Shown: piece after piece, positions 20,001 to 27,813 of the stretch
How positions within the stretch are numbered: position 1 is the stretch's first letter
Layout: each line of letters begins with the position of its first letter
NCBI GenBank assembly: GCA_964502145.1
Contig: CAZCVI010000002.1
Coordinates: 117,383-181,382, forward strand
From: an uncultured Clostridia bacterium
GTDB taxonomy: Bacteria; Acidobacteriota; Aminicenantia; UBA2199
DNA: 64,000 nucleotides
Direction: 5' to 3'
Made by a program: the position numbers and the translations under genes
The notes under the pieces: model-generated
The model's input: only the letters and a program-made list of their open reading frames with translations
Told to the model about the DNA's origin: nothing
Database searches by the model: none

Positions 20001-22337
20001 ATCTGTTTTTATCTGCGGGGGTATAGAACCCATTTTAAAAAAATAGCCAAGGAGATGATGGATACCTACTCCCTGTGCATGGAAGTGGGTGATTTTGAAT
20101 ATGCGGGATATTCATTGGGCAATTACCTCTGGTGCCTCAATCGTACAGATACCCCGTTGGAAGAGGCATATCAGAAAGCATTGAATTGCCGGGAAACAGT
20201 CCTACAATTAAAACAACCCCTTCCGATACCACCCATATTCATTGAAATTACCATTTGCGAGAATTATCTCGGCAAAGCGGTTGATCCGGCTGTTTTGGCT
20301 ATCAACTATGATGAACTTTTTAAAAACCTACCGATTGGTTCTACTGGAATATTTAGTTGTGGGGCCAATATAAAACAAGCGATATTATTCTTCTTTTTTG
20401 AGCGGTACGATAACGTTTTGGAGTTAATGGTTTCAACTGAAAACCAATATAATGCCTTGAATATGCCGCTTACCTATTTTAGAAGCGATATCCACTTTTA
20501 TTTTACCCTGATCTATATTGAACTTTATACACGCAGTGAATCGGAAAGTGAAAAAGAAATCTGTATTACTAAGATAAACGAGAATAGAACTATTATGAAA
20601 CAGTTGGCTGAATTCGGCCCGGTAAATTTTCTGCATAAGTATTACTTGTTGGAAGCTGAATATGGCAGGGTTACCGGTAACAATAATCAAGCGCCAGAGT
20701 TCTATGACAAAGCCATAGAAACGGCTTATGAAAACGAATATATCAACGAGGCGGCCCTAGCCAACGAACTGGCCGCAAAATATTATATCCGGGAAAACCG
20801 CCGCAAATTCGCCACCTTCTACTTCATGGAAGCACGAAACTGTTATGTCCGGTGGGGCGCACTGGCAAAAGTCAAGCATTTGGATGACAACTATCCCAAA
20901 TACTTGAGTCTTGGACTCCCCGATTCTTCCTTGAGCCGCTCCTCCCTCTCCAGTACTTCAACCGGAACCGCTGGCGATTTCCTGGATGTCAAGAGTATCA
21001 TCAAAGCGTCGCAAACCCTGTCTGGTGAAGTTCAGTTAAAAAGCTTGTTGGAAAAATTAATGCAGATATTGATTGAGAATGCCGGGGCCCAAAAAAGTAT
21101 CTTGATCGAAAATAATGGCGGACGCTTGCTCATTCAAGCAGAAGGTAATACCAATGGTGTATCCGGTATTTTGCATGAGCTGCCAGTGGACGAGTCGGAT
21201 AAAATACCATTGTCCATCATCCATTATGTGGCCCACAGTAAACGGCAATTGGTTTTTGATAACCTATCTACAGACCCCAATTATACGACCGACGAATATA
21301 TCCAAAAAAATCAGCCCAAATCCGTGGTGTGTTTTCCCATCTTAAGTAAGGGGGAAGTTTCTGCCATTGTTTATTTGGAAAACAATCTGGTGGAAGGTGT
21401 ATTTACTCCAGCCCGGTTGGAAGTGCTCAATATGCTTTCGTCGCAAATCGCCATTTCAGTGGAAAATACCCATCTGTATGAGACGCTTGAAGAAAAAGTA
21501 AGGCAGCGTACTATTGCATTGCAAAAAGCACATCAAGAACTGGAGAAGAATCATAAAGAACTGGCGGAAAGTCATAGGAAAATCAATGACAGCGTGAACT
21601 ATGCCAGCAAGATACAAGAGGCGGTTTTACCCGGCGAGGAAATCCTCAACACCCTTCTTCCCCAACACTTTGTCTTCTATCGGCCCTGCTCGGTGGTCAG
21701 CGGTGATTTTTATTGGATCAAACCGGTGGGACAAAAAATAGTGGTGGCTACTGCCGACTGTACTGGCCACGGGATTCCCGGTGCCTTGCTAAGTATGCTG
21801 GGCATGACCTTTCTGAGCGAAATCGTGCCCCACCTGGCCGAACAAAACCAACTGAGCGCGGCCAATGTACTGGACCAATTACGCCAAAAAGTCAAAATCT
21901 CCTTGAAACAAGAAGGAAAGGTTCGTCAACAAAGAGATGGGATGGATATTGCGCTGTGCATCATCGATCCTGCGGATAAGCAATTGCAATATGCCGGTGC
22001 TTATAATCCGTTTTACTTGATCAAGGATAATCATCTTCTGGAAACAAAAGCAGACACCATGCCCATTGGTTTTTCCACCAAAGAACGCCCCTTTACCAAT
22101 CATGATGTCAGGTTTGAAAACGGGAGTATGGTTTACCTTTTCTCCGATGGGTACGCCGATCAAAACGGTGAGGATGGCGAGGTGAATTTTAGCAGGGTGA
22201 AATTTAAGAAATTGTTGACGGAAATCAGCAGGGAACCGGTAGCCAAACAAAAAGAAGTGTTAATCCAACGCTTCGAGCAATGGCGGGGTGACCTGCCACA
22301 ACGTGACGATGTCCTGGTCCTGGGAATAAGACTATAA
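17061..22337 (+). CDS. Giant multidomain signalling protein: N-terminal Ser/Thr-kinase-like domain with degenerate motifs, AAA/NTPase (Walker A GFSGSGKTT), helical/TPR-like region, GAF, coiled coil, C-terminal PP2C/SpoIIE phosphatase
   Basis: Kinase-like motifs are VVLK, HKDINPSN and DFN. Walker A and B (LVMFIDDLQWAD) are present. PP2C motifs are SGDFYW, ADCTGHG, DGMDIAL and SDGYADQ. Confidence 0.8.
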   Translation: MKIADYFVLETLSHGPRVTVYKAKKENNTTSVVLKVTEKKTAEKLDIVRSLEHEYQYIKQVDSDFVIKGIHWQEEKEVAFIVLEDIDAQSLKHFIKEKQLSIPQFLDLAKKIVDGLAAIHRQNIIHKDINPSNIIWNPETGGLKIIDFNIASKFDLKLSYLGNPEKLKGTLAYISPEQTGRMNRRVDQRTDLYSLGVTFYEMLTGKLPFDSNQPMEIVYAHLAKEPQSPHLLNEAIPEIISRIIHKLMAKNPEDRYQSAEGLKYDLEKCALSHPQTFALGENDYSGKLQIPEKLYGREEELEQLLAVYHRVSQGNKEMILVSGFSGSGKTTLVNEIHKSIAKDRGYYISGKFDQLQRTIPYFAFIQALNQFCQLLLTEKQEVLNLWKVTILNAVGKLGRILTDIIPQLEAVIGNQPEVPEVNGDDAKKRFNYVFLCFLNAVATVEHPLVMFIDDLQWADLASLSLLQLIMEDRKSCYIFLIGAYRDNEVSLSHPLITTLAELKKQAIPIHTIPVKNLSRQNVSALLVDTFKTPRNKNQEELDALTTLIYQKTQGNAFFTLQFIENLFKENLLSFDFKKSRWIWDIKNIEKQNITDNVVALLVKKIKTLPEKTQEVLKLAAAIGNTFESPTLSVISGATEAAHRQALEPSLAEHLVYPIDIGIYKFVHDRIHQAIYSMVPDEDKKHLHLKIGRLLLETFDLQDTSTLSKETDQRIFDTVNHLNIGIDLIIDERERIHLATLNLKAAKHARVAAAFSIGVVYVRTAIRLLPDNSWQQHYDLTLSVYNEAVLASYLFLNLAEMEKYVEIILSSTQNILHRSVAYEYRLLSLIGQNKSQQAVEAILTIFNLLGVTIPPEPSGPETMAIFGEVQTMLTSMNQETIANLPLMTDEAKLQVLRLFYMAGLSFMHGRPTAWPYVISKMIHLILTYGLTAETPYVISLYGVIKVVMGDFPSAYQLGEMAGELLARGIGNQAIQVRTIGIICFYLRGYRTHFKKIAKEMMDTYSLCMEVGDFEYAGYSLGNYLWCLNRTDTPLEEAYQKALNCRETVLQLKQPLPIPPIFIEITICENYLGKAVDPAVLAINYDELFKNLPIGSTGIFSCGANIKQAILFFFFERYDNVLELMVSTENQYNALNMPLTYFRSDIHFYFTLIYIELYTRSESESEKEICITKINENRTIMKQLAEFGPVNFLHKYYLLEAEYGRVTGNNNQAPEFYDKAIETAYENEYINEAALANELAAKYYIRENRRKFATFYFMEARNCYVRWGALAKVKHLDDNYPKYLSLGLPDSSLSRSSLSSTSTGTAGDFLDVKSIIKASQTLSGEVQLKSLLEKLMQILIENAGAQKSILIENNGGRLLIQAEGNTNGVSGILHELPVDESDKIPLSIIHYVAHSKRQLVFDNLSTDPNYTTDEYIQKNQPKSVVCFPILSKGEVSAIVYLENNLVEGVFTPARLEVLNMLSSQIAISVENTHLYETLEEKVRQRTIALQKAHQELEKNHKELAESHRKINDSVNYASKIQEAVLPGEEILNTLLPQHFVFYRPCSVVSGDFYWIKPVGQKIVVATADCTGHGIPGALLSMLGMTFLSEIVPHLAEQNQLSAANVLDQLRQKVKISLKQEGKVRQQRDGMDIALCIIDPADKQLQYAGAYNPFYLIKDNHLLETKADTMPIGFSTKERPFTNHDVRFENGSMVYLFSDGYADQNGEDGEVNFSRVKFKKLLTEISREPVAKQKEVLIQRFEQWRGDLPQRDDVLVLGIRL

Positions 22338-22346
22338 AATGGCCAT

Positions 22347-22376
22347 AAAAAGGAGGCACATAGCCTCCTTTTTATG
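22347..22376. terminator. Rho-independent terminator (aaaaaggaggc-acata-gcctccttttt), bidirectional between convergent genes
   Basis: GC stem flanked by an A-tract and a T-tract, read directly. Confidence 0.6.
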
Positions 22377-22381
22377 TTTGA

Positions 22382-22633
22382 TTATTTAATTTTTTTCCTT
22401 TCCGCATTGTTTTTTAATGCATTGGCAATAATCCATTCTTGCTTTTGTTGATTGGCATCTTCAATGGTTCGGTACTTAAAAACTCCGTGAGGAAAATTCG
22501 GAGGACAAAGACGATTGGCTAAATCCCAGAGTTTAACTACCTGTTTATAGTATTCTTCGTCGGGGTCAAAGCACCAGAGGGCTCTTTCAGCCTCTTGAAA
22601 ATCTTTAAACTTTTGAATTGCCATTTGGGTCAT
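22382..22633 (-). CDS. Small hypothetical protein (83 aa) overlapping the 3' end of the upstream nucleotidyltransferase-fold gene
   Basis: ORF with a 29-nt overlap. Possible second component of a two-gene module. Confidence 0.4.
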   Translation of the reverse strand: MTQMAIQKFKDFQEAERALWCFDPDEEYYKQVVKLWDLANRLCPPNFPHGVFKYRTIEDANQQKQEWIIANALKNNAERKKIK

Positions 22634-23099
22634 CCCCCTTTTGTCTCATAAGCTCATATAAAAAGAAGGCATCCCTTTTATCTTCAGATCGAAGAGTATC
22701 TTTTTTTAGTTTGAAAAGAGTCTGCGCTGTGGCCACATTTATTGGAATTTCATCAAAAGTCATAATCTCATATTCCAGATCATCATATGTCGCAAACTCT
22801 CCTAATCTGGCCATAATATCTATATAAAACCCATCTGGAGCGCCATATCGAATTACTGAATACTGATTTAATTCCTCAAAGGTAATATCAAAGATACATT
22901 CATCTTGAAAAACGTCATCTAGTGCTTTTTGAAGCTTCTTGATATTTTCGGAATTCATTTTTACAAATATATCAATATCCTGAGTAAGACGAGGTAAACC
23001 ATGGAGAATAACTGCAAATCCTCCGATTAGGATGTAGTCCACCTTTTCTTTACCTAGAGCTTTAAGTACTTTCAAAAATTTCTCGAATAATTCTGTCAT
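22605..23099 (-). CDS. Nucleotidyltransferase-fold protein (minimal NTase-like, GG...DID motif)
   Basis: VDYILIGGFAVILHGLPRLTQDIDIFV fits the hG[GS]x(9-13)DhD pattern of pol-beta-type nucleotidyltransferases. Confidence 0.5.
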   Translation of the reverse strand: MTELFEKFLKVLKALGKEKVDYILIGGFAVILHGLPRLTQDIDIFVKMNSENIKKLQKALDDVFQDECIFDITFEELNQYSVIRYGAPDGFYIDIMARLGEFATYDDLEYEIMTFDEIPINVATAQTLFKLKKDTLRSEDKRDAFFLYELMRQKGDDPNGNSKV

Positions 23100-23204
23100 C
23101 TTTATTATCCTTATAGAAGATTTATAACAGATAAGAAATGAAAAATCAATCCCCAGCTTCCCAAGGTTGACCGCTGGTGGTAAAAAAATTATTTTTAATC
23201 CATT

Positions 23205-25769
23205 TTAATCCACGGTAATTGACTTGCTGACGTTTTTGGGGACGTCGGGGTGGACGCCGTGGTTTTCCACGTGGCATTTGTTGAGGTATTTCATCTTGGT
23301 CACGGACATTTTCATGGCCAATAATTGTAATACCAGTGCAGCCACAAAAACGAAAATCTGGCGGTCGCCGGTTTTGGGTAGTTCGATATATTGGGAGTAG
23401 TATTTTTCAAAACCCGAGGGTTTGCCTGCCACTGCTTTTCTTAGTTCGTCGTCGTCCTCGGCAATCAGGATGATGTCGGCGCCACGTATTTTATGGGTGT
23501 GAATCTGGGTGATCGTGATGCGTTTGTCCCGTTCATCTGGCGGGCATAAAAAGATCAACGGGTAAGTGGAGAAATAGGATTCCACAGAAATGGTATTGCG
23601 ATAATCTTCCAGTATTTCGCGGAGGCGTAATTTATCGTTGCCGTTAGCGTGGGCCAGGGAGTCCAGCGGTACCTGGTCATCCAAACGCTGCAATTTGAAA
23701 CTCTTGGCGATATTGAGAAATTCATAGATGGCTGGTCGGCTGGAAGGGTCCATTTCCAAATATTGCATGATTTTTTCAAAGGATTCCAACATATCGGTAT
23801 GCAGGTGTTCCATATCGCGGAGCGAGAAAATAGTATTTTTACCCAGGATCGTATTGGGCCCATGTTTGAATTCTGCCGCGTCATATCCTTCCGTGTGGTT
23901 GAGTACTACTTCCCTGATCTTTAGTGCCCCCTCTTTGGAAAGCCCTTCCATGGAGGTGCCCAGAATATGCAGGGAGGGTCTTAAGAATATCTTTAATGCC
24001 AGAGTGCTGATTTCATGGTCGGTGTGGGCCAGAGTAAAGTCCATATAATACTTGATTTTGGCCATTTTTTTGCAAACCGTGGCCTCATTTTCTTTAATAC
24101 TGGCGGCCAAGATATAAAACAGGGCGATCTGGCTGATAAAAGATTTGGTAGCAGCCACGGCGATTTCTGGACCGCACATGACGGGCAGGTAAAAATCCGA
24201 TTTCTCTTGTGGCAGGGTGGAATTCTCATTGTTGACAATGGAGAAAAGCAAAATTTTTTTATCGTACATTTTGCGGATATCATTGAAGATGTCTACGAGG
24301 TCCTTGGTTTCACCGGATTGACTGACGCCAATTACCATATCTTTCTCGGACAGTGATTGGAGGTAAAGTGAACGGAACATGCCGGGTATGGCAGGAATAA
24401 TGGGAATACTGGCCATGGTGTTAAAAAAATACCCGCCTACCAGCGCGGCGTGGGCAGAAGTGCCGGAAGCAACAACAAAAATTCGGCTACCGTTGGTAGC
24501 AATCTTTTTAAAGAAGTCGATCACCTGGTTTTTGAAACGAATGATCATCCGTTTCTTTTTCCAGATGAGCATCAGGTCCAGAATAAACAGTTCGGGGAAG
24601 TAACTTTCATTGATGCCCAGTATCTCGTTTAATAGGGCCGCTTCTTCTGAAGTAAAACCATGGGATTGAAAGCGTTTGCGGATATGGTGGTTGTTTTTGA
24701 AGATGTCAGCGGACACGGTTTTGAACGTTTCGCTGGCCAGGATGGTTTCGAATTCTGTTTTCAGGCGGGGCAGATCGAAAATGTCGTAGAGTTTCAGCAG
24801 AGTGTAGAGCAGTTCGCGACAACTGTCCAATTTATTTTCGAAGACCTCGAAAAAGGGTTTTTCTTCTTCATCGTTAAAGTAGTATTTGACCAATTGATCG
24901 ATATTCTGGGAGGCGGTGAAAATTTCTTGTTCCATGAAGTAGTGGTATTTGGGGGCGAGGGCGATATCGGAGATATTGAGGCGGCTACGGGTGAGGGCCG
25001 GGGTAAATTCCTGGTTGTCGGTCAGCCCGAAGACGCGGTAGGAGGTGCTGGTGAAGTACATGCCCTGACCTTCGGTCAGAGGGATGAGGAACCGGGTTTT
25101 AGCGAGTATAGAGGTAAGGTCAGAACTGACCACGATAAATTCACCTCCGGCATCCTGGCCTTTGCCCGCGTAGAGCGAGGAACCCGATTTAATGGCAAAT
25201 ATGCCGGTAATATCCGGGGCGGTAATGCAAGCGGCATAGGAACCATCGGCCATTTCGCCAGCTTTACGGATGGCTTGCATGAATAGGTTGACGCGTTCTT
25301 TTTCGCTGGTGTTTTTGCCAGGAGAATCGGCGATTAAGCGGGCATAGAAGTGTTCTATCAGGTGTACGAGCATTTCGCCGTCGTTATCTGACACGACTTG
25401 GTGTCCGGTTTCGAGTAAGAACTCTTTGAGGGAATCGGTATTGGAGAGGTTGCCGTTATGGCCGCCCACGAGGTGGGTTTTGCAATTAACGTCGTGGGGT
25501 TGGGCGTTTTCGTCGGTGACGGAGCCGTAGGTAGCCCAGCGTACTTGGCCGATGAAGCGAATACCGGACATTTTGTCCATTTCCAGGTCGATGGTGACGC
25601 GGGAGGGGGCGCCGACTTTTTTCTTTAATTGGATGGTGCCGTCTTTTTTAATGAATGCACCGCCGGTGGAATCATAGCCCCGGTACTCTAATTTTTTCAA
25701 TAAAAAAACACCCTCATTGCCGAGGTTTTCATTGTGTTTACCATATATAATCGAAACTATTCCGCACAT
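23205..25769 (-). CDS. GlmS-like class-II glutamine amidotransferase with two SIS domains, atypically long (854 aa) with a ~250-aa central insert
   Basis: N-terminal MCGIV...RGYDSTG...RWATYG...NAQPH and HNGNLSN match the Ntn amidotransferase domain. SIS signatures VVASGTSAHAAL and GVSQSGETKD are present. The size exceeds the ~610 aa of canonical GlmS. Confidence 0.65.
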   Translation of the reverse strand: MCGIVSIIYGKHNENLGNEGVFLLKKLEYRGYDSTGGAFIKKDGTIQLKKKVGAPSRVTIDLEMDKMSGIRFIGQVRWATYGSVTDENAQPHDVNCKTHLVGGHNGNLSNTDSLKEFLLETGHQVVSDNDGEMLVHLIEHFYARLIADSPGKNTSEKERVNLFMQAIRKAGEMADGSYAACITAPDITGIFAIKSGSSLYAGKGQDAGGEFIVVSSDLTSILAKTRFLIPLTEGQGMYFTSTSYRVFGLTDNQEFTPALTRSRLNISDIALAPKYHYFMEQEIFTASQNIDQLVKYYFNDEEEKPFFEVFENKLDSCRELLYTLLKLYDIFDLPRLKTEFETILASETFKTVSADIFKNNHHIRKRFQSHGFTSEEAALLNEILGINESYFPELFILDLMLIWKKKRMIIRFKNQVIDFFKKIATNGSRIFVVASGTSAHAALVGGYFFNTMASIPIIPAIPGMFRSLYLQSLSEKDMVIGVSQSGETKDLVDIFNDIRKMYDKKILLFSIVNNENSTLPQEKSDFYLPVMCGPEIAVAATKSFISQIALFYILAASIKENEATVCKKMAKIKYYMDFTLAHTDHEISTLALKIFLRPSLHILGTSMEGLSKEGALKIREVVLNHTEGYDAAEFKHGPNTILGKNTIFSLRDMEHLHTDMLESFEKIMQYLEMDPSSRPAIYEFLNIAKSFKLQRLDDQVPLDSLAHANGNDKLRLREILEDYRNTISVESYFSTYPLIFLCPPDERDKRITITQIHTHKIRGADIILIAEDDDELRKAVAGKPSGFEKYYSQYIELPKTGDRQIFVFVAALVLQLLAMKMSVTKMKYLNKCHVENHGVHPDVPKNVSKSITVD

Positions 25770-25866
25770 GTGAATCTCCTTTTTTACTGTGAAAGTATTA
25801 TTGTACCAGTAAATGATGTTATTGAAAAGAGTTATTCTTAAAAGAGTACTTACTGGATATACGGTA

Positions 25867-26961
25867 CTATCTGGGTAAATTTAGCGTGAATGACATTTCT
25901 GCCAGTTCTTCGCCATTGATGATGATGGAAATCTTATGCTGGCCGGGGTAGTGTTTGCGGGTGGAGTAGTCTTGGAAGGAGTGTTTGCGTTTGAAGGGGT
26001 GAGTGCCGGGTAGGTAGGTGTTTTCGGTGATTTTGAAGACTTTTTTGGATAATTTGCCATTGGCTTTCATAAAATAGAGGCCGTATTCAAGGCGGACGTT
26101 ACTTTCTGTTTTTTCTGTTAGGATTAGATCGAAGGAGAAGGTGAGGGGTTCGCCGATGGCGAGGATTTCTTGATCCAGTTTGAGGTTTTCCACGTTCATT
26201 TGGGTGGTAGTGCCGAAGCCGAAGAATTTCATGGCTCGTTTATTGCCCGCTTTCATCATGGAGCGACAGGCGTGTTTGATGATGGCGTCGGTGTTTTTAT
26301 TATGGCCGTACCATTTTTCACTGATATCTAAGAGCAGTTCGGGGTTATCTTTGGAGATATCGTTGAGGTTATTGGCGACACTGCGACGTACATCTTCGGA
26401 GGGGTCATTTTTTAATTTTTCCAAGATGGGTAGGATTGGGGCGGGATCTTTCTTGAATTTGGGTAAAGCCATCGCCCAGGGGAGCCGTGGTCGGCAGCCT
26501 TCGCTGGCGAGGCGGCGCACACGGGGATTCTCATTGGTGGCAAAAGCCAACATGTAACCCAGTGCTTTCTTGGGGTCGCGATCTAAAAATGGGCGGACGG
26601 CAAATTCGGAAGAGGAATAACCGGTGAATACTTCAAGCGCTTGAAAAGACAGGTCCCACTCTTCTTCCATGCCGTACAGTTCCACAAAATCGGGTAATGA
26701 CATGGCTTCAAAGCCTTTTACATAAGGTGCGGCTTCTTTTAGAATTGCGACTGCTTGCATGTAGGATGGGGGGAGGGTGTGGTGTAAGCATTGGGTGGTG
26801 TGGCGCATTTTTGCTTTTAATTCCAACGCTTCCCAGCCGGGATAGTGGATCAGTTCAAGAAACCGCTCCTTATCAAATGGGGGGTAGAACCGTTTCATAA
26901 TATCTGCCATTGCATTCATAGAATCTTGGGTGAAAAAGATTTTCTTTAATTGTTCAGCCAT
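25867..26961 (-). CDS. DNA alkylation repair protein (AlkD/AlkC-like HEAT-repeat glycosylase family) with an extra C-terminal domain
   Basis: Start chosen at MAEQLKK (AGGAG nine nt upstream). Helical-repeat blocks such as NENPRVRRLASEGCRP and NDPSEDVRRSVANNL are typical of the family. Confidence 0.6.
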   Translation of the reverse strand: MAEQLKKIFFTQDSMNAMADIMKRFYPPFDKERFLELIHYPGWEALELKAKMRHTTQCLHHTLPPSYMQAVAILKEAAPYVKGFEAMSLPDFVELYGMEEEWDLSFQALEVFTGYSSSEFAVRPFLDRDPKKALGYMLAFATNENPRVRRLASEGCRPRLPWAMALPKFKKDPAPILPILEKLKNDPSEDVRRSVANNLNDISKDNPELLLDISEKWYGHNKNTDAIIKHACRSMMKAGNKRAMKFFGFGTTTQMNVENLKLDQEILAIGEPLTFSFDLILTEKTESNVRLEYGLYFMKANGKLSKKVFKITENTYLPGTHPFKRKHSFQDYSTRKHYPGQHKISIIINGEELAEMSFTLNLPR

Positions 26962-27011
26962 ATTTAAAAACTCCTTTTTTTTAATCTGTATCATCATTTT
27001 AATCTGTGTAA

Positions 27012-27665
27012 TCAGTGGACTTTTTTTTCAATCTTTTTTGTATGTTTTCCTTGGCATGAGGATTTAAGCAGACAATGGCGGCAATCCGGTGTTTGGGGTT
27101 TGCAGATTTTATGGGTGAAATCGAGGATGGCAAAGAGGAACGTACCGGGTTCTTTGGTGTTGAAGAGTTCTTTGGCCAAGTGGATGATTTGTTTTTTACG
27201 GGGGATGTCGCCGGTTAGGTTTAGGCCGTGGTAACGATTAATGAAGCGGGCGATGTTGCTGTCTATGGCGTGTTCGGGTTTGTTGAAGCAGATGGACAGA
27301 ATAGCGCCGGCAGTGTAGTGGCCAATACCGGGGATTTTTAATAAATCGCGGCGGATGTCGGGGAATTCACCGTCGAATTGTTCCACCACATATTGGGCGG
27401 CTTCGATGAGCTGGGTACTGCGGCAGTGGAGACCGAGATGTTCGGTAACGCTTTTGATTTCGGTTTCGTTAGCATAGGCGAGGGCTTCGACCACGGGGTA
27501 TTTTTGGATGAAGGCTTGGTAAATAGTAGCGGCTTGTTCAGCACGGGTGCGGCGTAACAGGAATTCGGCAATCATGATGAAATAGGGGTTACTATAATTC
27601 CGCCAGGGGAACTCTCTTCTGTGTTTGGCAAACCAGTTGAATATTTTACGATGCATGTTAATCAT
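27012..27665 (-). CDS. HhH-GPD base-excision DNA glycosylase (endonuclease III / MutY-like) with a 4Fe-4S loop
   Basis: HhH-GPD block LLKIPGIGHYTAGAILSICF and C-terminal CKPQTPDCRHCLLKSSC (Cx6Cx2Cx5C). Confidence 0.7.
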   Translation of the reverse strand: MINMHRKIFNWFAKHRREFPWRNYSNPYFIMIAEFLLRRTRAEQAATIYQAFIQKYPVVEALAYANETEIKSVTEHLGLHCRSTQLIEAAQYVVEQFDGEFPDIRRDLLKIPGIGHYTAGAILSICFNKPEHAIDSNIARFINRYHGLNLTGDIPRKKQIIHLAKELFNTKEPGTFLFAILDFTHKICKPQTPDCRHCLLKSSCQGKHTKKIEKKVH

Positions 27666-27813
27666 AGAAATAGGGTTCGCTGCTGCTTTTTTGGGTTATC
27701 ATGCGAGTATTTTAAAGGAAAGCAGCCAAAAAAGCAAGGGAATTAATAATTCTGGATTTACCTTCTATTTGTTTTCCTCTTGACTTTACGGGGAATTATC
27801 TTTATAGTTTCTT

